Translations under genes and position numbers: made by a program
Notes under the pieces: model-generated
Seen by the model: the letters and a program-made list of their open reading frames with translations, nothing else
Databases searched by the model: none
Told to the model about the DNA's origin: nothing
Shown: one piece after another, positions 12,312 through 28,005 of the stretch
Layout of the letters: each line of letters starts with the position of its first letter
Position numbering within the stretch: the stretch's first letter is position 1
Source of the DNA: Bigelowiella natans CCMP2755
Lineage: Eukaryota; Protista; Cercozoa
Assembly (NCBI GenBank): GCA_000320545.1
Contig: ADNK01001158.1
Coordinates: forward strand, 1-39,258
Reading direction: 5' to 3'
DNA: 39,258 nucleotides

Positions 12312-13387
12312 ATGAGACTTCTATTGCGCATTCAAACAATTCAGAAGAACTTTGCTAGGTGGGTTACTGCAAAAAGTATGTTGATAGGGGCCACAGCTGT
12401 GTCCTGCGTCGCAGCAGGCATGGCGACCTCTGTTCATACAATGGTTGCTGCCGAGCCTAGAACACCCGACCCTCTCTTGCTACGCGAGCTTGCCAAATTT
12501 CAAGGGAAGGAAAAGAAGATGGCTGAGAAATGGAGAAAAGACGACGAAGATTGGAGAAAGCTCCCATCTCGTGCTTGGCCTCCCAACCAGCCCGATGCAA
12601 GTGAACTAGAACTTCTAGAGCAAACTTGGAATTCGAAATGCAACAATGGAAAGAAACGGTTTTTGGAAAAATCGAGGGAAATGAACACTTTTGAGGCTAA
12701 AGATGTATCAGAAAGCTGCAAAAACCTTACATTTGACATTGCGACGACTCTTGTATTCAACACATTAGACCCACAAAAGGGGCTGGGTATGTATCAAGAG
12801 TTGGCAGAGGGAGAAATGCGAGCAAGCCTGAAGAATCAAAGTAGTGCCGGTGTGAATGCTATGGTAGCTACTGGAATCGTTCTAGTAGAAGGCCTGGGTG
12901 TAAATGAGGACGCTCTTACCGGCGTAAAATACATCAAGGAAGCTGCAAAACGACAATCTGCACAAGCTTTATTTGAGCTAGGAACTCTCTACTACACAGG
13001 TACGCAATACGCCATTCGACGATCACAGTTCGATATCTGCGAGTATAATTAATGTGTATATCTAGAGCAAAGGTTCAATTTGCCGAAAGTGATCTCTGAT
13101 GGATGTAACTCTCTCTCTCTCTCTCTCTCTCTCTCCCCCCCCCCCTTAATCAAGGAAACGAGGCGGCATCAATAGACGAAGATGAGAAAAGGGCATTCGA
13201 ACTGTTTTGCGAAGCTACAGAGAAAGGTCACGTAGGAGCGACATACATGAAAGGGGACTGCTTGCTTGATGGAATTGGTGTGGACCGAGATGCTGGAGCT
13301 GCAGTGCCCCTTATTTACGATGCTGCAAAACGAGGTCACAGATATGCAAGACAACGGATTCTCGAGCTATTGAAAGAGCACACATAG
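12312..13387 (+). CDS. Sel1-like repeat protein (2 exons, intron ~13000-13154)
   Basis: Sel1 repeats AMVATGIVLVEGLGVNEDALTGVKYIKEAAKRQSAQALFELGTLYYTG and, after the intron, RAFELFCEATEKGHVGATYMKGDCLLDGIGVDRD..AAKRGH. Stop TAG at 13385-13387. Confidence 0.88.
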
Positions 13388-14483
13388 CGCCTACAATATG
13401 GTGAGCTTGTACCATAATCAATGTAGTATACATCATGCACTACACCACATGCATGTGGTACGATACCGCTAAAATGCACCACATGATAATTGCCATGACG
13501 CGTGTGTTGGCTCAGTGTTCTTCCGGGAGGGAAGGGGCTGGAGAGAGGAGAAGAGCGCGATAGTTCTCCATTACATGAATGGTACACGGACATCGCAAAA
13601 TATGCGCTTCCTAAGTATTACAAGTCAACAAGGTCATGCATGCATGTAACGGTTTGCATGGCATTTTCGCAGGTCCCGATACTATACCCCCGTTGTTATT
13701 AGCGTAGCCGATGAGCATGTAGATATAGAAGAATAAGTCAACGCCAAACAGGTTCAGATAACATCATTTCGTCATCATCGCCATGTATGTGCGTAGAGAG
13801 CATATGCTAGGGTGCTCTACATGTAGTTATGCTGCTTAGCGTTCACGCACAAAAAAGTAAGGAAGATCTGGCGAGTGGTCGTAGTCCATTTGAGCCGCCA
13901 TGAGCAATTATTGACTTTATAATCGCGATTTCCGCCACGCATGCATCAGCGCATGGCTAAGATGCACTAGTGTATGGCGAGGGCCATGATGACATGTCTA
14001 GCAGATGTGCTAGTGTATCGTGTCACAAATTTGCGTCGTCTGCTACATAATAAATGCTATAAAATCTAGAGATGCGATGCATGCATGCTTCATTATGAAC
14101 ATTGCAGCGCATGTGGTGTGCGTTGTCGACAAAACTAGAACCTGAACTGTGTCATAGTTACATAGTGTTTGCAGCGAGCAGCGCGTGCATAGTGTGATGC
14201 TGTGATGACATGGGCGTCGCAGACATCACTTAGATCACTATGTGCTATGTGTTACATGCTGGCTAGCTAGTTTCCCAGCACGATGAGGGCTAAGTCTACC
14301 TTGCTAGCTAGCTAGAGGACCGCAGACTAGCAGAGACGACACCAAACAGTTGACCAAGCAAGCAAGGCTCAAATGAGAGAACTGCGCCGCTCTAGCGCTC
14401 GATCTAGCCACAGCGCTGCGCGTGCTGTCTAGCTAGCCCGCTCGCTAGCGCCAGAACGCTGCACACATTGCCACGGCTACATG

Positions 14484-14573
14484 CATTAGGATGACCATTC
14501 TAGCATTATTGCTAGCTGCCTAGCATTGAAAAGAGCGCGATCAATTCATCACATCCATGACCGTCACATCTCA
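14484..14573 (-). repeat. Dispersed element, copy 3 (rearranged/degenerate)
   Basis: CATTAGGATGACCATT (14484-14499) is identical to 14881-14896. TTCATCACATCC..CCGTC at 14545-14565 matches the other box. Confidence 0.7.
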
Positions 14574-14868
14574 TCATGCATGCGATCTGGCGATCGACTG
14601 CAAGTTTCTAGGGATAGCTACACAGACAGCGCCTACTAGAGCTGACAGGTGTGTGGAAATACGACTGTAGCTAGTGCGTGTATGTGTGTGCAGCTCTAGC
14701 AGAGCTCTAGCTAGCTACGTACAGCCTGTCCAGCTACTGTGCAATGCACGTTGTGCGCAAAGCAGCGCGCGATGCGCGACACGCTAGACCAAATCTTGAT
14801 GCATTTTCATGCATGCAACACGTGACCAAGGAAACAAACAGATGCAACATAAGCGCTGTAGCCGCTGC

Positions 14869-14934
14869 ATTGCACAGCTACATTAGGATGACCATTGAAT
14901 TTTTTTTAATATTTCATTACATCCGTCTCACGTT
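14869..14934 (-). repeat. Dispersed ~70 bp element, copy 4
   Basis: Reverse complement reads TGAGACGGATGTAATGAA - AT-rich spacer - GTCATCCTAATGTAGCTGTGCAA. It shares an 18 bp identical box and a near-identical second box with copy 2. Confidence 0.85.
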
Positions 14935-15204
14935 GTGCCAGCCGCAAGCGTCATGCGCACATGTGCAGAGCGGCGCATCGTCTGTGCTGTCTGTTATAGC
15001 TGTCACCATTCATCACGTAGACAATAACGTGAAGGAACGTACATACAACACACGCACGCGTCATGTTTGCATCACATCATTCTAGCATTGCCACATGTCC
15101 ATCACTAGATCATCATGCATATTGTCAATGTTGTGCAGCGCACTCATGCACAAGCACATGCGATGCAAATACAATAAGCTACTCTATCCATCTGCTAGCT
15201 AGCT

Positions 15205-15207
<3 letters not shown>

Positions 15208-15247
<40 letters not shown>
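15208..15247. repeat. (GA)n microsatellite
   Basis: Directly visible. Confidence 0.95.
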
Positions 15248-15252
<5 letters not shown>

Positions 15253-15643
15253 TGATGAGGAAGGCATTTGGTGTTACTATTTGTCGCTATGAACGTTGCA
15301 CACATTGCATTGCACTGTAGTGTACACTACACGCTGTTTAGGTGTAGACAGCTGTATAGCAGAGTTTTAGCATGCGTATCACACATTGTTAGTCTTTTTA
15401 CATCGTTACACTTTCGTCTGATGCTTGCTTATGGGTCTCATGAGGAGGGGGGCAGGGGGGATTGAGTGTGTGAGAATAGATTATGTTAGGCTCGGAAACT
15501 TATTCAGAGTTAATAGAATAGATGCATTGCGAATGATATTCTTTTTCACTTGTTTGTGCACGTGAATGCATTTTGTTGTGTCCTTCAAGCATTACAATAA
15601 TTATTAAGATATTCCTCCACCCGAACGCAATTACAACTTCCCA

Positions 15644-17857
<2,214 letters not shown>

Positions 17858-19151
17858 CTTATTTGCTGCTTGCCTCCTGAGATGAATGTAATCGAGTTCA
17901 AAATCCGAATTCCATGTTTCACACTGATCCGCAGAAATACTCGCAAAAAATATTGCAGATCGTCTGACTATCTAAACTACGAGTTTTAGTTAACATCTTT
18001 TGAATATCTACCCAGCCATTCGAAAAGAAAAGTGAAAGGCTGTACTTCCTGCGGGGGGGGGCTGTAGGCCAATCCGCTCCAACTCTTCCTTATCAACAAC
18101 CCATACAGCACAAAAGGGGCCTGTTTTCCATCTTGAGAGGAAAGAGACATCAAATTTTAACTAAAAAGGAAATATTTTTCTGACCGAAAAATATTTGGAT
18201 TTCTGAATTTGGACAGAGTTCCTCTCATTTCGTAGTCTCTTTGTCTCTCTTCTGTCACTTCATACGCATGTAGCATGCAACTGCTTTAAGATATTTTATC
18301 ATAATTTTTTTTCCTAAATCAGGAGATAACCTTTACTTTTCTCTCTTTCTTTTTCTCCTTACCTTCTTTCAATATTCAGTATTAAAATGCTAGCAAACTA
18401 TGTTGCATATTTTAATAATCACGAACAGATATGAATAAATCACACCGTAGCGATTGCAATCTTTGCATAATTAGAAATGATTGTAGTTTCATCTTCGCAT
18501 CAGGATTCGAGTTTGGTTATGAAAAGTGGTAGTTTCAGAGTTTCAGGACCAACAGACACAAAATTATTCACAAAAACCTTCAGTGACATGGCTTTCAGTC
18601 TATCAATTGCTTGTCGTATAGAAATACTCATGATTGAAGCAATGAGGCAGTGGTGGACGTATACCTGTAATCCTCTGAAAAAGGCAAAATCACCATTTTA
18701 AAGTTATTAAGACATCATATTCAGATATATTCATCACGTAAAGTACAACAAGTGAAATTAATTCAAATGTAGATGTGCACATTGTGCTGATTATGCTTTG
18801 TCGTATGATCAAAAATAATTACTTTAATTTACGTAATGGAATTGCTATTAGCAAAAATGTCACTCTGAAATACAGTGAAGATTCATTTTGGAATCTAGTA
18901 CCTATTTTTTAATTAAAGACAAACCAGATGATTTTAAATGCGTAAAAGAAGGAACAATTTGGATCTTTCCGTAGATTTTACATGCATTTTTTTGAGTCTG
19001 AAGGTGTTGTCTACCCTTTGGTGGTATTGGCAGTGGACGTTAGTTTTGGCAGCACCACGCAGAGCACGAAAGTGAGTGGGAAAACGTGTCTTCCTGGTAC
19101 AAAATCGCAATCTAGAAGCCGCGGCACAAATGCTCGGCAGCTGCACCACTA

Positions 19152-20313
19152 CCTTTCATGCAACAAGGCGAAAAACTGATGGAAATGTGAAAAATTGCAT
19201 GTCGCATCTGTTTGCCCGAACGAGTGACGAGAAAATCGGGCGTCCTGACACATGTTGTGCAAAAGTGCAAATCGCTTTTCTTGAATCTTGAGTCTTGGTC
19301 CCCACCGTTCCTTTTCACGTTGATGAACACGAATCTTGAGTCTTGAATCTCAAACCCAATCAACCCTTTGGAACTTTGAAACGCTGCGTTGCTTCACTCG
19401 TTCAAGCGTTCAAGTCAATTTGACAAGTCTCGACACAACACACCCTCCACGTTTCTTTCCAGCTTTGGTGTCTTGGTCGAATGAGGAGGGTGTGCACAGG
19501 TGCGAGTGAGTCAGCGACCCTCTCAACATCGCTCCGTTGGAACCACGGAACCAACTAGCCAAGTCGAAGTGCCAAGTCTGTCTCTGGGGACTAGGTGCAC
19601 AGCTGCAGCACGGTCCGGTTGCGTTGAGCACCTTGGCACTCCGCTTTCCGAGCGCTGCTGGCGGAGCGTCGTCGGCGTTCAGCTTGCACTGTCTGGCTAG
19701 CTGGCTGTCAGCAGATCATCGTGCACACATCGGAGCATCGAAACGAACGTGAACCAATTGGTCGAATGCCAGAATGGTCAGCTTGCTTGGTTTTGCAATG
19801 GGTGCGCACGCTTCGTGTTTTTTTGGCGCTGCGCGCTAGCGCGCTGTCTTCATTGAGCCTGTCTTCTGCGACGTGCGGGCCGTCTCTTTTCGAAAGTTCA
19901 CCCTGGACCTCCCTGGCTAGCTGGCTAGCTCTGGAGCTAGCTCCGTGCTGGCCTGGTTCCATGAATCGTGGGAACTTCTCACACCCTGCCACGCCAGCAT
20001 GATGGACATGCAATGCATTGCATGTCACATGTGCATCACGTTGCTGTGTCCATTGTCCAGTTGTGAGTGTGTGGGGCGTGTCTCAGCTCCACATGACCAT
20101 TGTCAGCACGTGCTAGCGTGCGCGACGACGCACCTAGGCACGGAGACATCCTGGCAAGCGTTTGCACAGAGCTAGAGAGCTCCAGAGCTCTAGAGCTGGG
20201 CAATCGAGAACATCAATGATGAACCTTCAATGGTGACCATGCCAGCACAGTCTTCAAGCAAGACCCAGACACGGTTGCTGGACTGAAAGTTGCACGCTCT
20301 AGCGCTAGCTAGC
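19152..20313. other. TpA-depleted domain (TpA survives only in CTAG)
   Basis: Manual scan found 14 TpA in 1162 bp, all within CTAG, and none at all in 19152-19554. Confidence 0.9.
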
Positions 20314-21023
20314 TAACAGCACGTGGCACGTGCTGTGTGCGGCATGTCTAGATGTCGACATGCGCGTGCGAATCCCGCAGCAGCGCTGATGCACAACTCA
20401 GCATGCGTGCAATGCGATCACATCGATGCTATGGGATTGCAACGGCAGCATGTCCACATTGCATGGCTGCCCGGTCGGTCAAAGTGATGGACACATCTAG
20501 ACATGTCCATTGTGATCCATGCATGATCAAACCCTTTCCCCCGCCATCCATGGCAACACTGCCTCGGGGCTTTGAAGGTTTCAAGGCCTCACACATGACT
20601 AACTAGCTAATGCTAGCCTTCTCCCGGGCATGGAGCATATAGAAGGATTTGTTTTTTTGGATGACAAGATGACAAGGGAGAAAAACACTGACATGCCAGC
20701 ATCCATCGGGCGCGGCGGTGCCCAGTAGCACGTTTGCAGAATGCATCGCAGCAACACAAGCTTGCGGTGGGTGTGTGTATTCTGCATTGCTTGCGATGCA
20801 ATAGATAGCCATGCATTGCATGTTGTTGACCGAAGCGATGCATGCTGTCTGGCAAGACCTAAAGACACCATTCTGGGCAACCTGCACGCTCATCAAAATG
20901 TGCTGATAAGTGTTCCGAACTTCGAACAAATGATTCGCGTGTGCTTTTCTTTGAGCCAATTTAGCTGTAGCAAATTGAAGCTCTCTGTCCACTAGTCCAG
21001 TTCCTCGACAACTGGAGGCTCCT

Positions 21024-22371
<1,348 letters not shown>

Positions 22372-22767
22372 CGTTATTGTAATTCAGAGGGGGGCAACTA
22401 ACAGTTTTAACTGAAACGTTTGGATTGTTTAAAATGGGAAACTCTGCAGAATATAGAGGCTATTTTGTGGAAACGTCAACATGATTTTGTCCAATTATGT
22501 GGTTAGTTTTTCATCATTACCACAGTGGCTAATAAATAATAGTTTCACAGACGGAAACTCGCTTCTAGATTAGTAGCTGTTGTTGTTGTTGTTGCTTCTA
22601 TCGGGAATCTTGTAGATAATTCGTCGATAATATATCTGTATTTTGCCCTCATCGGGTTGGAGGTACCCTGGTCCGGAACTGCATTGTCTCGGAGGGTAGA
22701 AGGGTGGGGGGAGGAAATCATCCTCGCGCCTGGAGAGGGCGCCTCGACGTGGATCCGCACATTGCAG

Positions 22768-25700
22768 ATGAAAATAGTTCGTTTACCCCGACCTAAGATC
22801 GTCTCTACTGCAAGTGCATTTCTATTCGGGGTAATTTTATCTTCTGTTCTTACCGCCGACGACTCCTCAGGGCTCCTCAGCGGCTCGGCAGTGGTCTACC
22901 AGATACCAACGAGGACAACGGCTCTTCACCGGCAGAGCCAAGTTAACAGAAGAGGCCTAGAATGTGATCAATGGCAGAAGAAAGGTTTGAGGCTCCCTGC
23001 CTTCGGTGCAAAGAGAAGGATCGCCTCTAGCATTCAGCTTCGTGTTGCGTCTGCTGCCGCAGAAAAATGCAATAACATGGATGAAGAAGAAGTCGAATCA
23101 ATTCTTTGGCGGCAGAAACCAACAGCTGAATCGGTGATATCGCTACTAATACTGTTGCTAATGATGGTGGTGGTGGTGGTGGTGGTGGTGGTGATGATGA
23201 TAAATGGCAAGCGTTTATGAAAGAGGAGGAGGATGCTGTGATTGAGGAAAAACGTCGTCCCAATGTGCAATCATCAGTGTTGAAGTTTCCAATAAAAATT
23301 AATTCGATTGTGTGTGTAGCTAGAGTGATCACCGACGTTGTATTTCTTGAGATGACTTATGCAATTAATTGATTATGATACAGTGGGAGGATCGCTACGA
23401 ACGCTTGAAGAAATGGATGCGCACCTTGGGGTAATACAGCAAGCGCATGAGTTCCCTTGTCGTCATAATCTTTGAACCAGAATTCGATATTAAAGATTGC
23501 GCTGTACGCAATGTGAAAATTTTGCATCCAAACACTGCCCCTTGAGAGAGAACAATGAAAACTTCTTTTTTATCATAATTTTCTCTATGGACGAACTTGG
23601 ATATGTGCATGCTGTCCTTCTGTGTCTGTTGACCATGGAATTTTCTTGAAGGCTACTATCGTGATGAATATCGAGGGATGTCTTCATTTTTTTTACGACA
23701 GGTATCTAGAGCAAAATGGCGGCCTTCGGAATCGAACAGTTGTTCACGTCGCGGGTACTAAAGGCAAGGTAAGTGTTGAACGTCCTCGTCGTTATTACGC
23801 TTTGCGAGGTGCGGGCTATTTCCCCCCCAGGGATTATTATGTAATGGTCAGAGATAACTCCCTGATGCACGAACCTTCCACAATCTGCTGATTACTTAGG
23901 GCTCCACATGCACAATGGTTGAAAGCATAGGTGTTCTCAGATTAATACAAATGAGAGAACCGATTGGTGAATAATGCTGTGTTGTAAATATGATGCACAG
24001 GACGGCATGCAGGATTGTCAACCGGCTTATTCACATCGCCCCATCTTGTTTACACGCGGGAAAGAATACGTAAGTGCTAGATCATTTAGTAGTCGGCGGT
24101 TCCTCGTTGTTCACTTATTGTTTGTGTCCACAGAAGAGAGTAATATATCGTGATAAGAGTACATAAATATGGACAGTATTTCTTATTGCGACATTACAAA
24201 AACATTGTAGTGATAAATTGTTGATGCTCAGATGTTAGAATGTCATCCCTATTTTGGTTGCTGATATTCTCTCTTCAGTATTTCATAATCCTTACGCAGG
24301 TATCAATGGGCGGGCTATTTCGAGCGAAGTGTTCGTAAACAGCTTCGAAAAGGTGCACCTTTTGCATTTGTGAGCGCAGCAACTCTTGGCGACCATGTCG
24401 TCCCTGAAAACGGTGCATCATAGATGTACCTGAGCCAGAATGCATGGGAAAGAACAACTGCTAAGATGACACCTATTTCCTCCTCATTGGTTCATTTCTC
24501 GGTAGATATGGGCGCGGTGTTTAGAAGTCGTTCAACATCATCAACATCAAGTTGCTGGCGAGCATGGAGAACACGTGGAGCAGATTCAGCTACTACCCTC
24601 GACGTTCGAATTGCTCTTTCTGATCGCAGTCGATGTGTTTGCGCAAGAGAAGGTATTTTGTTGTTCGGTAGCATTCATAACATCATTCCCTTTAGGAAAG
24701 AAGACACTGTTTTTTATATATCTATGGATTTTAGGTCGATCTGGCAGTCTTTGAAGTTGGACTGGGTTGCTACTACTACTGCTACTACGACTGCTACTAT
24801 CATATGAATGCTCTCCTCCTTTAATCTTCTGCTATCTATTGCTGCTACGGGGGGGGGGGGGGGGGGGCATGTAGACTGGAATATGGACAAAGAGCAGGAA
24901 TTGCTTCTTGTTCTCGAGGTGTGCTCATCGCTTACACCTGTTGTTATTATTATTAAGGAGGCCGCATCGATGCTACAAATGTGCTGCCGAGAGACTGGCT
25001 TGCCGCAACAGGCGTTACATCGTTGGGCCTTGGTTATCACTCCACCACCACTACTACCTTATGATGAGAACACCTATATTCGTGTTTATGTGACTTACGA
25101 CTACTGTCGTGTTTTCTTGTTGTGTGTTTGTGTTGCTGCTGCTATCCGAGATAGACCATCAGAAGCTACTTGGAGACACTATTGGGAAGATTGCGAAGGA
25201 AAAGGCTGGTATCTTCAAGCATGGTGTGCCTGCTTTTACCATAGAGCAGCCCCACGAAGCTAGGGATGTAAGTACCATTACTCTTCTATTTCCAACTATT
25301 GAACCTGCTAGCGTCAGCAAGCATCAGTGTCTATTTCTCATCGAGGATTTCCTCGCCTCCTCATGATTATTTGTCACACTCTGAGGAGGTTTTAGTAGTT
25401 GAGGAGCCCGATCGTGCCACCTACTAATTCTTGGTCTTCATCATTTCATTTTAGGTATTGATAGAAGCAGCCAGGGAAGCAAACACAACTCTACAGTTAG
25501 CGAGACACCTGCAGTAATTAACAAATCTACCAAGAATGCCTCTCCTTGACTTTTTTCCTCCTCATTATCGCTGCTGTCATCTTCGTCATTGTCGTATTTT
25601 CATATACCGCGGAGGTTGCTTGTTGTTTCTGTGCAGCCATCACTAATGCTCGGCATGTATCCTTAGCCCGCCTCCATTCCTGTCACTTTCGGGGGATCAT

Positions 25701-27158
25701 CAGTATTACAATGCACGTCTTGCAGCCGAATTATTCAACGCATTTGAACAACAGCAGAATCATCATGTTTCTGAGCAGCGTCAAAGCCTCCCTTCCAACC
25801 AGGGGAGAAGTAGTACTTTAGGGAGCATGAACATCGATACTAAGGGTAGCGCACTTGTGCCGAACCAACAGGAAGCAAAGCAAGGTGATGGTGATTTCTC
25901 ATGGAATATGGACAATAAGTCGTACTACTACGAAGGACTCGCACGGGCTAAGTGGCCAGGGAGAGCACAGGTGAAATCAAACAGGATTGTTAGCATTGTC
26001 TACTTCGAGAAGGAATGGAGAGGCCTTTTCAATATGATACTCCTTTGCATTTTTGTGAAGATCAATCCGGGATTATTCTTATTTTCCTGCTTTTTACCTT
26101 CCAACGCTGTGGCCAGAGACAATATATCGATGCTCTGGTGCCTTTATAAGACTCGTTAGTTTCAATGTTTGTCTTGCTGCGAAACCTGCTTTTCTAGTTA
26201 GTTCTCTTGAGTTGTAGCCATACAGTATACCCGTGTTACTGGGATGAAATGTGTAAATGTGTGCATTGCGTGTCATGGTGTTCTTCTGCGCTGCTGCTCT
26301 GCTTCTATGTGCTGTGGTGATAATCTTAGATGCTGACCGTCACCTCATTGCCACGGCTTCAATTCTTTCTGGACGGAGCGCACACCCCAGAGAGCATATA
26401 CGCATGTGGGAAGTGGTTCGCACAAAAGCAACTGGTCTCTGTGCCCGACAACTTGGAGGAGGATCCCAGGAAAGAGGAGGAGGAAGAAGAGGGAGGAGAA
26501 TCAAAGAAGAAGACGACGATGACGACGACGCGGCAGGAATTAGGACGGAGAAACCTGCCTATCCTAATTTTTAACTGCACGGGTAACCGCGATGCTTCTC
26601 AGCTTCTAACTGCACTCACTAACGGCATAAGAGCTGGTTCCAGCAAACAACTAGCTCGTAGTGCCCCCAGTGGCGATGCTGATCATCAACCGCTAGTTGT
26701 ATCAACTTGTGATGACGACGGCAACAACAACGACAATGGTTTGGGCGACCTGCTGCAGTACTTCAAAGCTGTGAGCATTGTTCCAGCAAGGCTCGATGGG
26801 GAAATCAATAGCACGTCTTCATCATCCCTTCCTGATGTGATTCCCGCCCCTCTAAAAGCTGCAAGGGACGAAGGACGATGCATTTCCCTGGGGTGAGTAC
26901 ACGTTTCGTTGGTTTGTCGATTGTGTCGCAGAAACTCATATGTGTTTTCCTTTGTTATTTGTAAGATCCTTTGAAGAGGCACTGGCTTGGATTACAGAGC
27001 ATCTTGATCAGAGCGCCGATTCGATGCAAGTTGATTCGCATGGGCCATCGCCAGCCGACCCCCAAGCAATGATACCTGTTCTTATCACAGGATCCCTTTA
27101 CCTCGTTGGGAACGCACTGAAGACATTCAACTTTGATACACGTCACATTTCCGAATAG
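22768..27158 (+). CDS. FPGS: Folylpolyglutamate synthase / dihydrofolate synthase (FolC family), multi-exon, with a bipartite N-terminal leader
   Basis: Motifs VVHVAGTKGKGSTC (P-loop), GLFTSPHL..RERIRING, VFEVGLGGRIDATNV, DHQKLLGDTI..IAKEKAGIFK, WPGRAQ, FFLDGAHTPES and VLITGSLYLVG. Confidence 0.95.
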
Positions 27159-27547
27159 GATCCCTTTACATACTCTGGAATATTCTGGTTGTGACCTGGC
27201 AGGGCCATACTTACACGCCATCTTCGTGGCAGCAGCTTCGAAAGGAGTGAACAAATAGATCACAGATGGCAGGGCATGATCAAACGATGTACCATGCACA
27301 TGGACCTCCAAACGAGCAGTAAACTGAGGGCACATCATGCCGCCGGACCGGTGGCGGCTTGAATGTGTTAGAATCTGTACTAGTAGAAGTGCGCAGCCGA
27401 TCCAATTGCATGCATGCATACAGGCGTAGCTAGCTAGAGCATGTATGTACGATATACGTGCGCATACATGCCAGTGCTGCATATTATAGCATCGACTCAG
27501 ATGACACGACAACTTATTGTCCCATGATGATCGATGAGTGCATATAT

Positions 27548-27550
<3 letters not shown>

Positions 27551-27591
<41 letters not shown>
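27551..27591. repeat. (TA)n microsatellite
   Basis: Directly visible. Confidence 0.95.
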
Positions 27592-27597
<6 letters not shown>

Positions 27598-28005
27598 CAT
27601 CATTATCATGCATGCGCCTGCATCGCTCACAGCATTGCTAGACTGGCCGACATAAGCGATGCTGCACACATGCAGTCATTACATTAGTGCTCCTTTGTTA
27701 TTGTTGTTGTAGCGACACATGAAAGACACTGACAGGAGACCAATATGATGCAAGGTAGCACTGGCTTGCATTATCGCTGGTGCATACATCATGCCTATTA
27801 GCTTGCATAGATATTATTTGTTAGAACAGTCCGCGTTTATTGCATTGCTACACAGCTAGAGAGTGACATTTTAACATCATGTATAAGTGCAAATAGGGGG
27901 CTAAACTACTTCAACCATCACTGCTAATCATATGATATACGATAGATAGGGAAAAAGGTTATAACTGCGTGAAATCATACATTTGCAGATTTTTAACAAC
28001 TGCCT

